Below, piece after piece: positions 18,640 through 26,457 of a stretch of 64,000 nucleotides of DNA. Each line of letters opens with the position of its first letter. The stretch's first letter is position 1. The translations under genes and the position numbers were made by a program. The stretch comes from an uncultured Solirubrobacterales bacterium (GTDB taxonomy: Bacteria; Actinomycetota; Thermoleophilia; Solirubrobacterales; 70-9), in contig CAVSLJ010000002.1 in NCBI GenBank assembly GCA_963728875.1, positions 461,821 through 525,820 on the forward strand, in the 5' to 3' direction. The notes beneath the pieces are model-generated. The model had not been told where the DNA came from. It searched no databases and saw only the letters and a program-made list of their open reading frames with translations.

Positions 18640-19316
18640 GCACGCGGACGAGATCCAGGAACCTCGCCCGCCGGGGCCCGATCGGCGTCCTCGCCATCGC
18701 CGTGGCCGCGGCGCTGGGGTCCGCGTTCACCGAGATCGCCGTGGCGAAGAAGAAGGCCGGAGGCACGGTCAACATCACGCGAATCATCAACGGACCGATC
18801 CCCGACGCCCAGGCGGGCGCCCCGTCAACGACCTGGGGCCGGCTCACCTCCACGATCAACGTCGGCAAGCGCTTCAAGGGCACCAGGATCCGAGACGTCA
18901 ACGTCACCTTTCAGACGACGGGCGCCGGCATCAACTCGGCGAGGGACCTCCTCATCACGTTGACTTCCCCCAACGGGTCCTCGACCGTCCTATTCGGCTT
19001 TCCGGGCGGAGGCCGCTCGGTCGGCCCACTCACGGTCGACGACGAATCGGTGAACGCCCTCCAGGCGACGGACACAACGCCGCCCTCCGACCCTCCCAGG
19101 GACTCGACCCATCTGGCGGACCCATGGGTCGGGACGGCGCAGCCGTACTGCTTCCAAGCCGCGGGAGGCTGTCCCCTCGCCCTGCTGGACAACGGCCCGG
19201 CGAAGGGCGGCTGGACGCTCACAGTCTGGGATTCAGACACCGTCGCGGACCAGACCAGCATCCTCAACTTCTGGCGGTTGAACGTCGTGACCGGCAAACC
19301 CTTCGCAACCGGGTGA
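18636..19316 (+). CDS. Secreted P-domain-like protein (paralogue P5)
   Basis: The GTG start overlaps the P4 stop (GTGA). The signal peptide ends AVA, followed by KKK. It has VGKRFKGTRIRDVNVTFQTTG, LTSPNG, GPLTVDD, QPYC...GGCPL, GWTLTVWD, and VTGKPFATG. Confidence 0.7.
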   Translation: MSTRTRSRNLARRGPIGVLAIAVAAALGSAFTEIAVAKKKAGGTVNITRIINGPIPDAQAGAPSTTWGRLTSTINVGKRFKGTRIRDVNVTFQTTGAGINSARDLLITLTSPNGSSTVLFGFPGGGRSVGPLTVDDESVNALQATDTTPPSDPPRDSTHLADPWVGTAQPYCFQAAGGCPLALLDNGPAKGGWTLTVWDSDTVADQTSILNFWRLNVVTGKPFATG

Positions 19317-19325
19317 CGAGCGTCG

Positions 19326-19961
19326 ATGAATAGGGCAACTTCGCGCGCTGCTCGGACGGGAACCCTGGCCCTGGTGCTCATCCTGCTCGTCGGGGCGTTG
19401 TTCGCCGATCTCGCCGATGCCAAGAAGAAGGGTGGCGGGACCGTGAACATCACCAGGCAGGTCGGCCTGCCTGTCCCCGACGCGACGGCGACGTCCAACG
19501 GCGTGCTCACCTCGACGATCCGGGTCGGGGGCAAGAGGTTCAAGGGCACCGTGATCCGGGACGTGAACGCGACGCTCCAGACGACGGGCTCGGCGGCCCA
19601 GTCCGCGAGCCAGATCGATGCTCGCCTCAGCGCTCCGAACGGGATGACGACCTGGTTGCTCGGCGGCAATCTCGCCGGGCAATCGATCGGGCCTCTCACG
19701 CTCGACGATGAGTCGCCCAATTATCTCGGCGGGACCGCGCCGCGCGACCCGACTGACCTGGTCTCTCCTTACATCGGCACCGCGCAACCGGATTGCTTCT
19801 CGGACCAGGGGGTCTGCACTCTCTGGCCGATGGATGGCGGCCCCGCGAGGGGGACCTGGACGCTTCGGGTCTACGACATCGACGACGCGCCCCTCGCGAC
19901 GAGCATTCTCAATCTCTGGCGCCTGACCGTGGCGACGGGCAAGCCCTACAGGACCAGATAG
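19326..19961 (+). CDS. Secreted P-domain-like protein (paralogue P6)
   Basis: Starts 9 nt after the P5 stop. The signal peptide ends ADA, followed by KKKGGG. It has GGKRFKGTVIRDVNATLQTTG, LSAPNG, GPLTLDD, QPDC...GVC, GTWTLRVYD, and ATGKPYRTR. Confidence 0.7.
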   Translation: MNRATSRAARTGTLALVLILLVGALFADLADAKKKGGGTVNITRQVGLPVPDATATSNGVLTSTIRVGGKRFKGTVIRDVNATLQTTGSAAQSASQIDARLSAPNGMTTWLLGGNLAGQSIGPLTLDDESPNYLGGTAPRDPTDLVSPYIGTAQPDCFSDQGVCTLWPMDGGPARGTWTLRVYDIDDAPLATSILNLWRLTVATGKPYRTR

Positions 19962-20046
19962 CCGCCTGATGATCTTCCCAATCTGTCCGGGAAGGTGTTT
20001 CCGGGCCGTTAAAGGACATCCGGATGCCGAGCGAGAATGATCACGC

Positions 20047-20598
20047 GTGATCGTCATCGGTATCGATCCGGGTACTGCCAACACCGGATTCGGCGTGGTT
20101 CGCACGTCCGGTGAGCGGATGGTCGCGCTCGACGGCGGGGTCATCGAGACCCCCTCCGATCTGCCCGTCGAGCAGAGGCTCACCCGGCTGCACGACTCGC
20201 TCGGTGAACTGATCCGCTGGCACGAGCCCAGGGCGATGGCGCTCGAGGACCTCTTCTTCGGCAAGAACGTCGCCTCGGCCTTGAGCGTGGGCGAGGCGCG
20301 GGGGGTCGTCATGCTGGCCGCCGCCAGGCAGAATCTCGCCTGCTTCGACTACACGCCACAGGCGGTCAAGAAGGCCGTCTGCGGCTCCGGTTCGGCCGAC
20401 AAGGGCCAGGTGCAGCGCATGGTTGCGAGCCTCTTGGGCCTGCCCGAGCCACCGGCGCCGGACCACGCGGCGGACGCCTTCGCGGTGGCGATCTGTCACG
20501 CCGGCACGGCCGGTGCGCGAAACGCCCTCTCGTCTTTCGGGCGGGCTCCCGTCGGCACGACGGCGGCTCTCGCGGCGCGTCAGCGTTTGGCCGGCTAA
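20047..20598 (+). CDS. ruvC: Crossover junction endodeoxyribonuclease RuvC
   Basis: VIGIDPGTANTGFGVV ... LEDLFFGKN ... DAADAFAVAICH motifs. Confidence 0.9.
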   Translation: MIVIGIDPGTANTGFGVVRTSGERMVALDGGVIETPSDLPVEQRLTRLHDSLGELIRWHEPRAMALEDLFFGKNVASALSVGEARGVVMLAAARQNLACFDYTPQAVKKAVCGSGSADKGQVQRMVASLLGLPEPPAPDHAADAFAVAICHAGTAGARNALSSFGRAPVGTTAALAARQRLAG

Positions 20599-20678
20599 CG
20601 CCCACCTCATCAATCGGGTCGCGCCTGCGGCGCGCCCTCGCGTAAAGGCATCCGGGCCGCAGCGCAGAATCACGAGGC

Positions 20679-21278
20679 ATGATCGCCTCCGTCAGCGGAG
20701 AGGTTCTGGTGCGCCGCCCCGACTACGTCGTGATCGACGCGAGCGGCGTCGGTTACCGCCTCGCCGTCTCGGCCGAGACGCTCAAGGCCGTGCCCGCGCG
20801 GGGCAAGCACACCGCGCTGCACGCCCACCTGGTCGCCCGCGAGGACTCGCTCAGCCTCTACGGCTTCGCCAGCGAGGAGGAGCGCGATCTCTTCCTGCAC
20901 CTGATCTCGGTCGGGGGCGTCGGGCCGAAGGTGGCGATGGCGGTGCTCTCGGGAGGGACCGTGCGAGAGCTGCTGCGCGCGATCGCCGCCGGTGACGCGA
21001 AGCGCTTTCAGGCCGTCCCGGGAGTCGGCAAGCGGACGGCGGAGCGGATCATCGTCGAGCTCCGCGAGAAGGTGGCCGGGGAGATCGAGGGCGACGCCGA
21101 CGGCGCCGCACTCGCCGGCGACGAGGAGGACCCGCGATCGCTCGCGCGCGAGGGCCTGCTCAACCTCGGCTACACACCGCCCGAGGCCGAGAAGCTGCTC
21201 TCCAAGGCAGCCGGCGAGAGCCCAGAGGAGATCGTGCAGTCGGCGCTGCGCAGCGCGGCGGGGGCGAAGGCGGCGTGA
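20679..21278 (+). CDS. ruvA: Holliday junction branch migration complex subunit RuvA
   Basis: MIASVSGEV...GVGYRL...[17 protein letters not shown]...[19 protein letters not shown]. Confidence 0.9.
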   Translation: MIASVSGEVLVRRPDYVVIDASGVGYRLAVSAETLKAVPARGKHTALHAHLVAREDSLSLYGFASEEERDLFLHLISVGGVGPKVAMAVLSGGTVRELLRAIAAGDAKRFQAVPGVGKRTAERIIVELREKVAGEIEGDADGAALAGDEEDPRSLAREGLLNLGYTPPEAEKLLSKAAGESPEEIVQSALRSAAGAKAA

Positions 21279-21318
21279 TTCGCGTAGCCCCCGGACGCGA
21301 AGCGGAGGAGGCGGAGCG

Positions 21319-22389
21319 TTGATCGAGCCGGGCAAGGGGATCCGCACCCCGGGGATTGACGAGGACGAGACCGAGGTCGTCATCCACGACGCGCGGGCGG
21401 CGGGGCCGGACGAGGACTTCGACCGCTCTCTGCGCCCGCCGAAGCTCGAGGACTTCGTCAACCAGGTCCAGGTCACCGAGCAGCTCGGGATCTTTATCGA
21501 GGCAGCGCGCCGGCGCGAGGAGGCGCTCGACCATGTCCTGCTGGCCGGCCCGCCGGGCCTCGGCAAGACCTCGCTCGCTTACATCATCGCCTCGGAGCTG
21601 AGCGTGCCGATGGTGCAGACGGCAGGGCCGGCGCTCGAGCGCAAGGCGGATATCGCCGCATTTCTCACCTCGCTGGAGCCGGGGAGCGTCTTCTTCATCG
21701 ACGAGATCCACCGCCTCGGCCGTGCCGTCGAGGAGACGCTCTACCCCGCGATGGAGGACCGGCGTCTGCCGGTGGTCCTCGGGCAGGGCGCCGGCGCCCG
21801 GACGGTCACGCTCGACCTGCCGCCCTTCACCCTGATCGGCGCGACCACCAGGACGGGCCTGCTCACCACGCCGCTGCGTGACCGGTTCGGTGTCTGCCAC
21901 CGGCTCGAGCACTACGACGCGGTGGACCTCCGCCAGATCGTCCTACGGTCGGCCGGGATCCTCGGCATCGAGGTGAGCGAGGACGGGGCGGAGGAGATTG
22001 CGAGCCGGGCGCGGGGGACGCCCCGGGTCGCGAACAGGCTGCTTCGCCGGGTGCGCGACTTCGCCGAGGTCAAGGAGCGCGGGGCGATCGACGCCGAGCT
22101 CGCTTCGGAGGCGCTGGAGATGCTCGAGGTCGACCGCGCCGGCCTCGACCGCCACGACCGCCAGCTGCTGGAGCTGATGGCGTCGAAGTTCGGGGGCGGC
22201 CCGGTGGGCCTCTCTACTCTCGCGGTGGCGATCGGCGAGGAGGCCGACACCGTCGAGGACGTCTTCGAGCCGTATCTCCTCCAGCAGGGCCTGGTGAAGC
22301 GCACCCCGCGCGGCCGGGTCCTCACCGAGCGAGCGTACGAGCACCTCGGGCTGCCGGTCCCCAGCGGCCACCAGGTCGGCCTCCTCTGA
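21319..22389 (+). CDS. ruvB: Holliday junction branch migration DNA helicase RuvB
   Basis: [12 protein letters not shown]..., Walker [12 protein letters not shown], and FIDEIHRL are present. The in-frame TTG at 21319 was chosen because the longer track ORF overlaps ruvA with Arg-rich junk. Confidence 0.9.
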   Translation: MIEPGKGIRTPGIDEDETEVVIHDARAAGPDEDFDRSLRPPKLEDFVNQVQVTEQLGIFIEAARRREEALDHVLLAGPPGLGKTSLAYIIASELSVPMVQTAGPALERKADIAAFLTSLEPGSVFFIDEIHRLGRAVEETLYPAMEDRRLPVVLGQGAGARTVTLDLPPFTLIGATTRTGLLTTPLRDRFGVCHRLEHYDAVDLRQIVLRSAGILGIEVSEDGAEEIASRARGTPRVANRLLRRVRDFAEVKERGAIDAELASEALEMLEVDRAGLDRHDRQLLELMASKFGGGPVGLSTLAVAIGEEADTVEDVFEPYLLQQGLVKRTPRGRVLTERAYEHLGLPVPSGHQVGLL

Positions 22390-22391
22390 GC

Positions 22392-22456
22392 GAGGGCGAA
22401 GCCCGAGCGGTTATGTCGGCCGGCCGCTTGTGGCCGCGATTTGATGGCGAAGCCGT
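22392..22456 (+). repeat. Intergenic repeat element, copy A
   Basis: The 36-nt core CGGCCGCTTGTGGCCGCGAT(T/C)TGATGGCGAAGCCGT matches 34040-34075 at 35 of 36 positions. About 30 nt upstream are loosely similar. It lies directly after the ruvB stop. Confidence 0.7.
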
Positions 22457-22486
22457 GCTCACCGGTTGGCTAGCCTTGGGGCAGGC

Positions 22487-22972
22487 ATGCCGTACTTCAT
22501 CTGTCCGAACTGTGGGAACCGGGAGCTGAGCGGAGAGCGCACCGCCGGCTTCTCGACTCGCCCGAAGGGCTGTTCCAAGTGCGGCTTCGGCTTCCTATTC
22601 GAGTTGCTCGACGACTACATGCCCGCGCCCGGTGCGGCCTTCTTCACGCTCGACCAGCAGGCCAGGGTCCTCGACCTCGGCAAGGGCGCCTTCGAGCTCA
22701 CCGGATTGAAGGACGAGCAGGTGATCGGGCGCCCGGTTCGTGAGGTGCTCGGGCTGCAGTGGATCGACAGGGGGGACGGCGGCGAGACCGCCGACGCGGA
22801 CGGTGACGGCGAGACCGATCCGATCGAGACGACCCTGGAGTGGGGCGTCCGCTCGCTCGGCAAGAAGGTGGCGGTGAACGCGGAGGGTGACCTGCCCACC
22901 GAGGCGACCGCCGATCTCTTTCCGGCGTACGACGACGACGGCGGCCTGCTGCTCGTCTTAACTCCGGAATAG
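22487..22972 (+). CDS. Hypothetical protein with N-terminal zinc ribbon (CPNCG...CSKCG) and PAS-like middle
   Basis: MPYFICPNCGNRE...GCSKCGF gives two CxxC pairs. No family was recognised beyond that. It sits where yajC is usually found, between ruvB and secD. Confidence 0.5.
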   Translation: MPYFICPNCGNRELSGERTAGFSTRPKGCSKCGFGFLFELLDDYMPAPGAAFFTLDQQARVLDLGKGAFELTGLKDEQVIGRPVREVLGLQWIDRGDGGETADADGDGETDPIETTLEWGVRSLGKKVAVNAEGDLPTEATADLFPAYDDDGGLLLVLTPE

Positions 22973-23049
22973 GTCTGGTCGCTTAGCTGGTGTGTTGCAA
23001 TTAGCGCTGTTACCGCGCCCGAGACCGCTAGCGTGACCACCTCAACACC

Positions 23050-26013
23050 GTGAGCAACCGCCGCCGCAACATCTTCATCCTCGCGTTCGTCGCGCTCCTG
23101 ATCGTCGGGTCGGGGCTCGTCATCGCGACCAAGAAGACGACGCTCGGCCTCGATCTGAAGGGCGGGACCGAGCTGATCTTCCAGGCGAAGCCCACTCCCC
23201 AGAACCCGACGATCGACAGCGCGGACATGGACCGCGCGATCGAGATCATCCGGAAGCGGACCGACGCCTTCGGCGTGTCCGAGCCCGAGATCTCGAGGAT
23301 CGGCTCGGACTCGATCCGCGTCGGCCTGCCGGATGTCTCCAACGCGGCCCGCGCCAGCGACCAGGTCGGGCAGACCGCGCAGCTGCACTTCTACGACTGG
23401 GAGCCCAACGTCATCCCGAACCCGGCGAAGACGAACGTGCCGAACGGAGAGTCCTCGTTCGACCGGCTCTACGACGCCGTCCAGGTCGCCTCCAAGCAGA
23501 CCCCCGAGTGCTTCGAGAACAAGTGCACGACGACCGGGGCCCGCCATTACCTCTTCGACTCGCAGACGCACCAGTACATCTCCGGGCCGGCGGACAACAA
23601 GCAGGACCTCTTCAGCGAGCTGCCGGGGCAGAGGCAGCCCGCCCACAGCGAGATCCTCACCGTCCCGCAGGGGACCCTGGTGGTGGAGAAGGAGGGCCTC
23701 AACGGACCGGCGCCGGATGACCCCAACAGCCCGGAGGCCGAGTGGTTCGTGATTCGGGACCGTCCGGCGCTCTCGGGGACCGACATCAAGGACCCGAAGG
23801 CGAACTTCGACCAGTTCAACAACCCGGACGTGACGTTCGGGTTCACCGACACTGGCAGGGAGGAGTTCTCGGACGTCACCAAGGCGATCGCCCAGCGCGG
23901 GCTGCAGAGCGCGCCGCCGGGGGTCGCGGGCAACTCTCAGCTCGCGGACCAATACTCGGGGCACTTCGCCGTCGTCCTGGATCAGCAGATCAAGTCGCGG
24001 CCGATCGTCAACTTCGTCGACAACCCGAGCGGGATCGACGGCCGAACCGGCGCCGAGATCAACGGCCTCGGGCTGCAGGAGTCGCAGGACCTGGCCGAGA
24101 TCCTCCAGATCGGCGCGCTGCCGGTCACCCTGAACCAGATCTCGAGCTCCACGGTGTCGGCGACCCTCGGCCAGCAGGCGCTCGATCAGGGCCTGAAGGC
24201 GGGGATCGTCGGGCTGATCCTGGTCTGCCTCTTCCTGCTCATCTACTACCGCTTCCTGGGCTTCGTCGCGGTCGTCGGGCTGGCGATCTACGGCGTGCTC
24301 TTCTTCGCGCTGATCAAGCTGATCCCGATCACCCTGACCCTGCCGGGCATCGCGGGGTTGATCCTCACGATCGGGGTGGCGGCCGACGCCAACATCGTCA
24401 TCTTCGAGCGCATCAAGGAGGAGGCGAGGGGCGGCAAATCGATGCTGAGCGCGATCTCGGCCGGCTACAAGCGCGGGATCGCGACGATTATCGACGCGAA
24501 CGTGATCACGCTGATCACGGCATTCATCCTCTTCGCGCTCGCGACCTCGAACGTCAAGGGCTTCGCCTTCACCCTCGGCGTGGGAACGATCGCCTCGCTG
24601 TTCACGGCCGTCGTCTTCACGCAGGCCTTCCTCGGGCTCTTCGGGCGGGCGCACTTCCTGCGCTCGCCGGCCGCACTCGGAGCGCGCGAGCAGCGCTTCA
24701 AGTGGCGCTTCGACTTCAGCCGGGCGAGCAAGTACTTCTTCAGCCTCTCCGGCTGCATCCTGCTGATCGGCGCGCTCTCCTTCGCGACCAAGCAGCTCAA
24801 CCTCGGCATCGACTTCGAGGGCGGCAGCCGCATCACCGTCGGCCTGGCGAAGGCGGTGTCCGTGAACGACGTGCGGGACACGGTCGAAGCGGCCGGGATC
24901 AAGGACCCGCAGATCACCAAGGCGACCAACAAGGAGCTGGGCACGAACGTCTTCGAGATCGACTCGAAGGCGAGCCCCGAGGAGGTCCAGAAGGTTCAGC
25001 CCGCGCTGCAGAGCCAGTACGGCATCGTGACCAACGGCTTCAACTCGACCACGGTCGGGCCGACCTTCGGCCAGCAGGTGGCGAAGAGCGCGATCGAGGC
25101 GATCATCTTCTCGCTGCTGGTGATCGCGGCCTACGTGGCGTTCCGGTTCGAGCCCAAGTACGCGGTCCCCGTGATGATCGCCGTGGCTCACGACATCCTG
25201 ATCACAGGAGGCGTCTACTCGCTGACGGGGAGGGAGGTGACCAGCGGCACCGTCGCCGCGTTCCTGACCATCCTTGGTTATTCGCTCTACGACACCGTCA
25301 TCGTGTTCGACCGAATACGCGAGAACGTGCCGCGGCTGCCGCGGGCGACCTTCTCCCAGATCGTCAACCGCTCGATGAGCGAGGTCCTCACCCGGTCGCT
25401 GATCACCGGACTCTCCAGCGTCTTCCTCGTCTCGGTGCTGTTCGTGTTCGGGGGCGCGACCCTGAAGGACTTCGCCTTCGCGATGATGATCGGCCTCCTC
25501 TCGGGAACCTATTCGTCGATCTTCATCGCCTCGCCGGTGCTGACCCATTGGAAGGAGCGCGAGCCCGCCTACCGCCGCCGGCGCGAGCGAATCGAGGAGC
25601 AGATGGGCGGCGTGGTCCCGGCGTTCCCCGAGGAGAACGTGGTGGCTCGGGTGGACGGACATGAGGAGCCCGTGCAGGCCGAGACGCCGGTGCCCGCCGC
25701 GCCCGCTCCCAGCCGCTCCCAGGTTCCCGGTGTGGTCCCCGAGCCGCCCGGACCGGTGGCCCCGCCGCCGGCTCAGCCCGAGCCGCCGGCGCCCGCGGCC
25801 GAGCCCCAACCGCCCGCACCGGTCGGCGTTCCTGACACCGGCACCGACAGCGGCGACGGCAGCGGCCAGAGCGGCGACGGTGAGACACCGGCCGGCAATG
25901 GCGGCGCCGAGCCCGAGCGCCCCGAGCTCAGCGAGGCGAGCGCCGCCGCTCTCCGCCGAGCGCGCGAGCAATCCGGTGGCCGCAAGAAGCGAAAGCACGG
26001 GAGGAACCGCTGA
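23050..26013 (+). CDS. secDF: Protein translocase subunit SecDF (fused SecD-SecF) with Pro/Ala-rich C-terminal tail
   Basis: SecD periplasmic domain and two 6-TM modules (GLDLKGG..., IGVAADANIVIFERIKEE, LGIDFEGG..., DTVIVFDRIREN). The last 130 aa or so are low-complexity P/A/G/E. Confidence 0.9.
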   Translation: MSNRRRNIFILAFVALLIVGSGLVIATKKTTLGLDLKGGTELIFQAKPTPQNPTIDSADMDRAIEIIRKRTDAFGVSEPEISRIGSDSIRVGLPDVSNAARASDQVGQTAQLHFYDWEPNVIPNPAKTNVPNGESSFDRLYDAVQVASKQTPECFENKCTTTGARHYLFDSQTHQYISGPADNKQDLFSELPGQRQPAHSEILTVPQGTLVVEKEGLNGPAPDDPNSPEAEWFVIRDRPALSGTDIKDPKANFDQFNNPDVTFGFTDTGREEFSDVTKAIAQRGLQSAPPGVAGNSQLADQYSGHFAVVLDQQIKSRPIVNFVDNPSGIDGRTGAEINGLGLQESQDLAEILQIGALPVTLNQISSSTVSATLGQQALDQGLKAGIVGLILVCLFLLIYYRFLGFVAVVGLAIYGVLFFALIKLIPITLTLPGIAGLILTIGVAADANIVIFERIKEEARGGKSMLSAISAGYKRGIATIIDANVITLITAFILFALATSNVKGFAFTLGVGTIASLFTAVVFTQAFLGLFGRAHFLRSPAALGAREQRFKWRFDFSRASKYFFSLSGCILLIGALSFATKQLNLGIDFEGGSRITVGLAKAVSVNDVRDTVEAAGIKDPQITKATNKELGTNVFEIDSKASPEEVQKVQPALQSQYGIVTNGFNSTTVGPTFGQQVAKSAIEAIIFSLLVIAAYVAFRFEPKYAVPVMIAVAHDILITGGVYSLTGREVTSGTVAAFLTILGYSLYDTVIVFDRIRENVPRLPRATFSQIVNRSMSEVLTRSLITGLSSVFLVSVLFVFGGATLKDFAFAMMIGLLSGTYSSIFIASPVLTHWKEREPAYRRRRERIEEQMGGVVPAFPEENVVARVDGHEEPVQAETPVPAAPAPSRSQVPGVVPEPPGPVAPPPAQPEPPAPAAEPQPPAPVGVPDTGTDSGDGSGQSGDGETPAGNGGAEPERPELSEASAAALRRAREQSGGRKKRKHGRNR

Positions 26014-26285
26014 TGGCCGCTCTGGTCTGGTTCACGATGGGCGTCGCGCTCTGGCACTTCACCGTGTTCGTCCCCGACCGCTTCCGCGGAGGCATCGTGG
26101 GCGCCTTCCTGGGCGCCGCCGTCGGGGCGATGGCGAGCGGCGCGATCGCGCAGATCCTGCTCGACAAGACCATCGGCGACACCGACCTGGCGACCGCGAT
26201 CTACGCGATCCCAGGCACGATCATCGGCCTCGCGGTCGTCTACGCGATGGGCGTTCGAGCGGGCGTCGAAGCCGAGCACATCTAG
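26013..26285 (+). CDS. GlsB/YeaQ/YmgE-like small membrane protein
   Basis: 90 aa with three Gly-rich TM segments (GGIVGAFLGAAVGAMASGAI). The ATG overlaps the secDF TGA by 1 nt. Confidence 0.6.
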   Translation: MAALVWFTMGVALWHFTVFVPDRFRGGIVGAFLGAAVGAMASGAIAQILLDKTIGDTDLATAIYAIPGTIIGLAVVYAMGVRAGVEAEHI

Positions 26286-26300
26286 CCCCACGCCGGAGAC

Positions 26301-26408
26301 GAAAACCGGCGTGAAGGTGCGCCGGCTCCGAAACCGCGATGAAGGGGCGCCGGCCCGAAACCGCGATGAAGGGGCGCCGGCCCGAAATCCGGCGATGAAG
26401 GGGGAGAG
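26301..26408 (+). repeat. Tandem direct repeat, four units of about 27 nt (two identical, two degenerate)
   Basis: GAAACCGCGATGAAGGGGCGCCGGCCC occurs at 26330-26356 and 26357-26383. Degenerate units flank it at 26301-26329 and 26384-26408. Confidence 0.85.
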
Positions 26409-26420
26409 ATCGGCGGTGTT

Positions 26421-26457
26421 GGTGACTTCTTCCGGGTATGCCGGAAGAACTCACCAG
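26421..26457 (+). repeat. 37-nt hairpin-containing direct repeat, left copy (spans the DUF559 start codon)
   Basis: GGTGACTTCTTCCGGGTATGCCGGAAGAACTCACCAG matches 27291-27327 at 32 of 37 positions. Confidence 0.8.

Noticed and set aside
10816-19961. The lysine-tag gene blocks as a prophage, integrative element or transposon
   Set aside because: There is no integrase, transposase, phage structural gene or plasmid gene, no flanking tRNA and no terminal repeats that I could see. The codon style looks like the rest of the window, and the first block is packed against pdxT. I treat it as a lineage-specific chromosomal expansion instead.
20992-21318. Long N-terminal extension of ruvB that overlaps ruvA
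   Set aside because: The extension is Arg/Ser/Pro-rich and unlike RuvB N-termini. The in-frame TTG at 21319 gives a protein of normal length.
22615-25998. 1127-aa ORF on the minus strand, the longest in the track
   Set aside because: It is exactly antisense to secDF, which has unmistakable conserved motifs. Its translation is Arg/Gly/Asp/Leu-rich with no motifs. This is a typical open antisense frame of very GC-rich coding DNA.
26301-26408. Possible CRISPR array, because of the perfect tandem repeats
   Set aside because: The units abut each other with no spacers and number only about four. There are no cas genes in the window.
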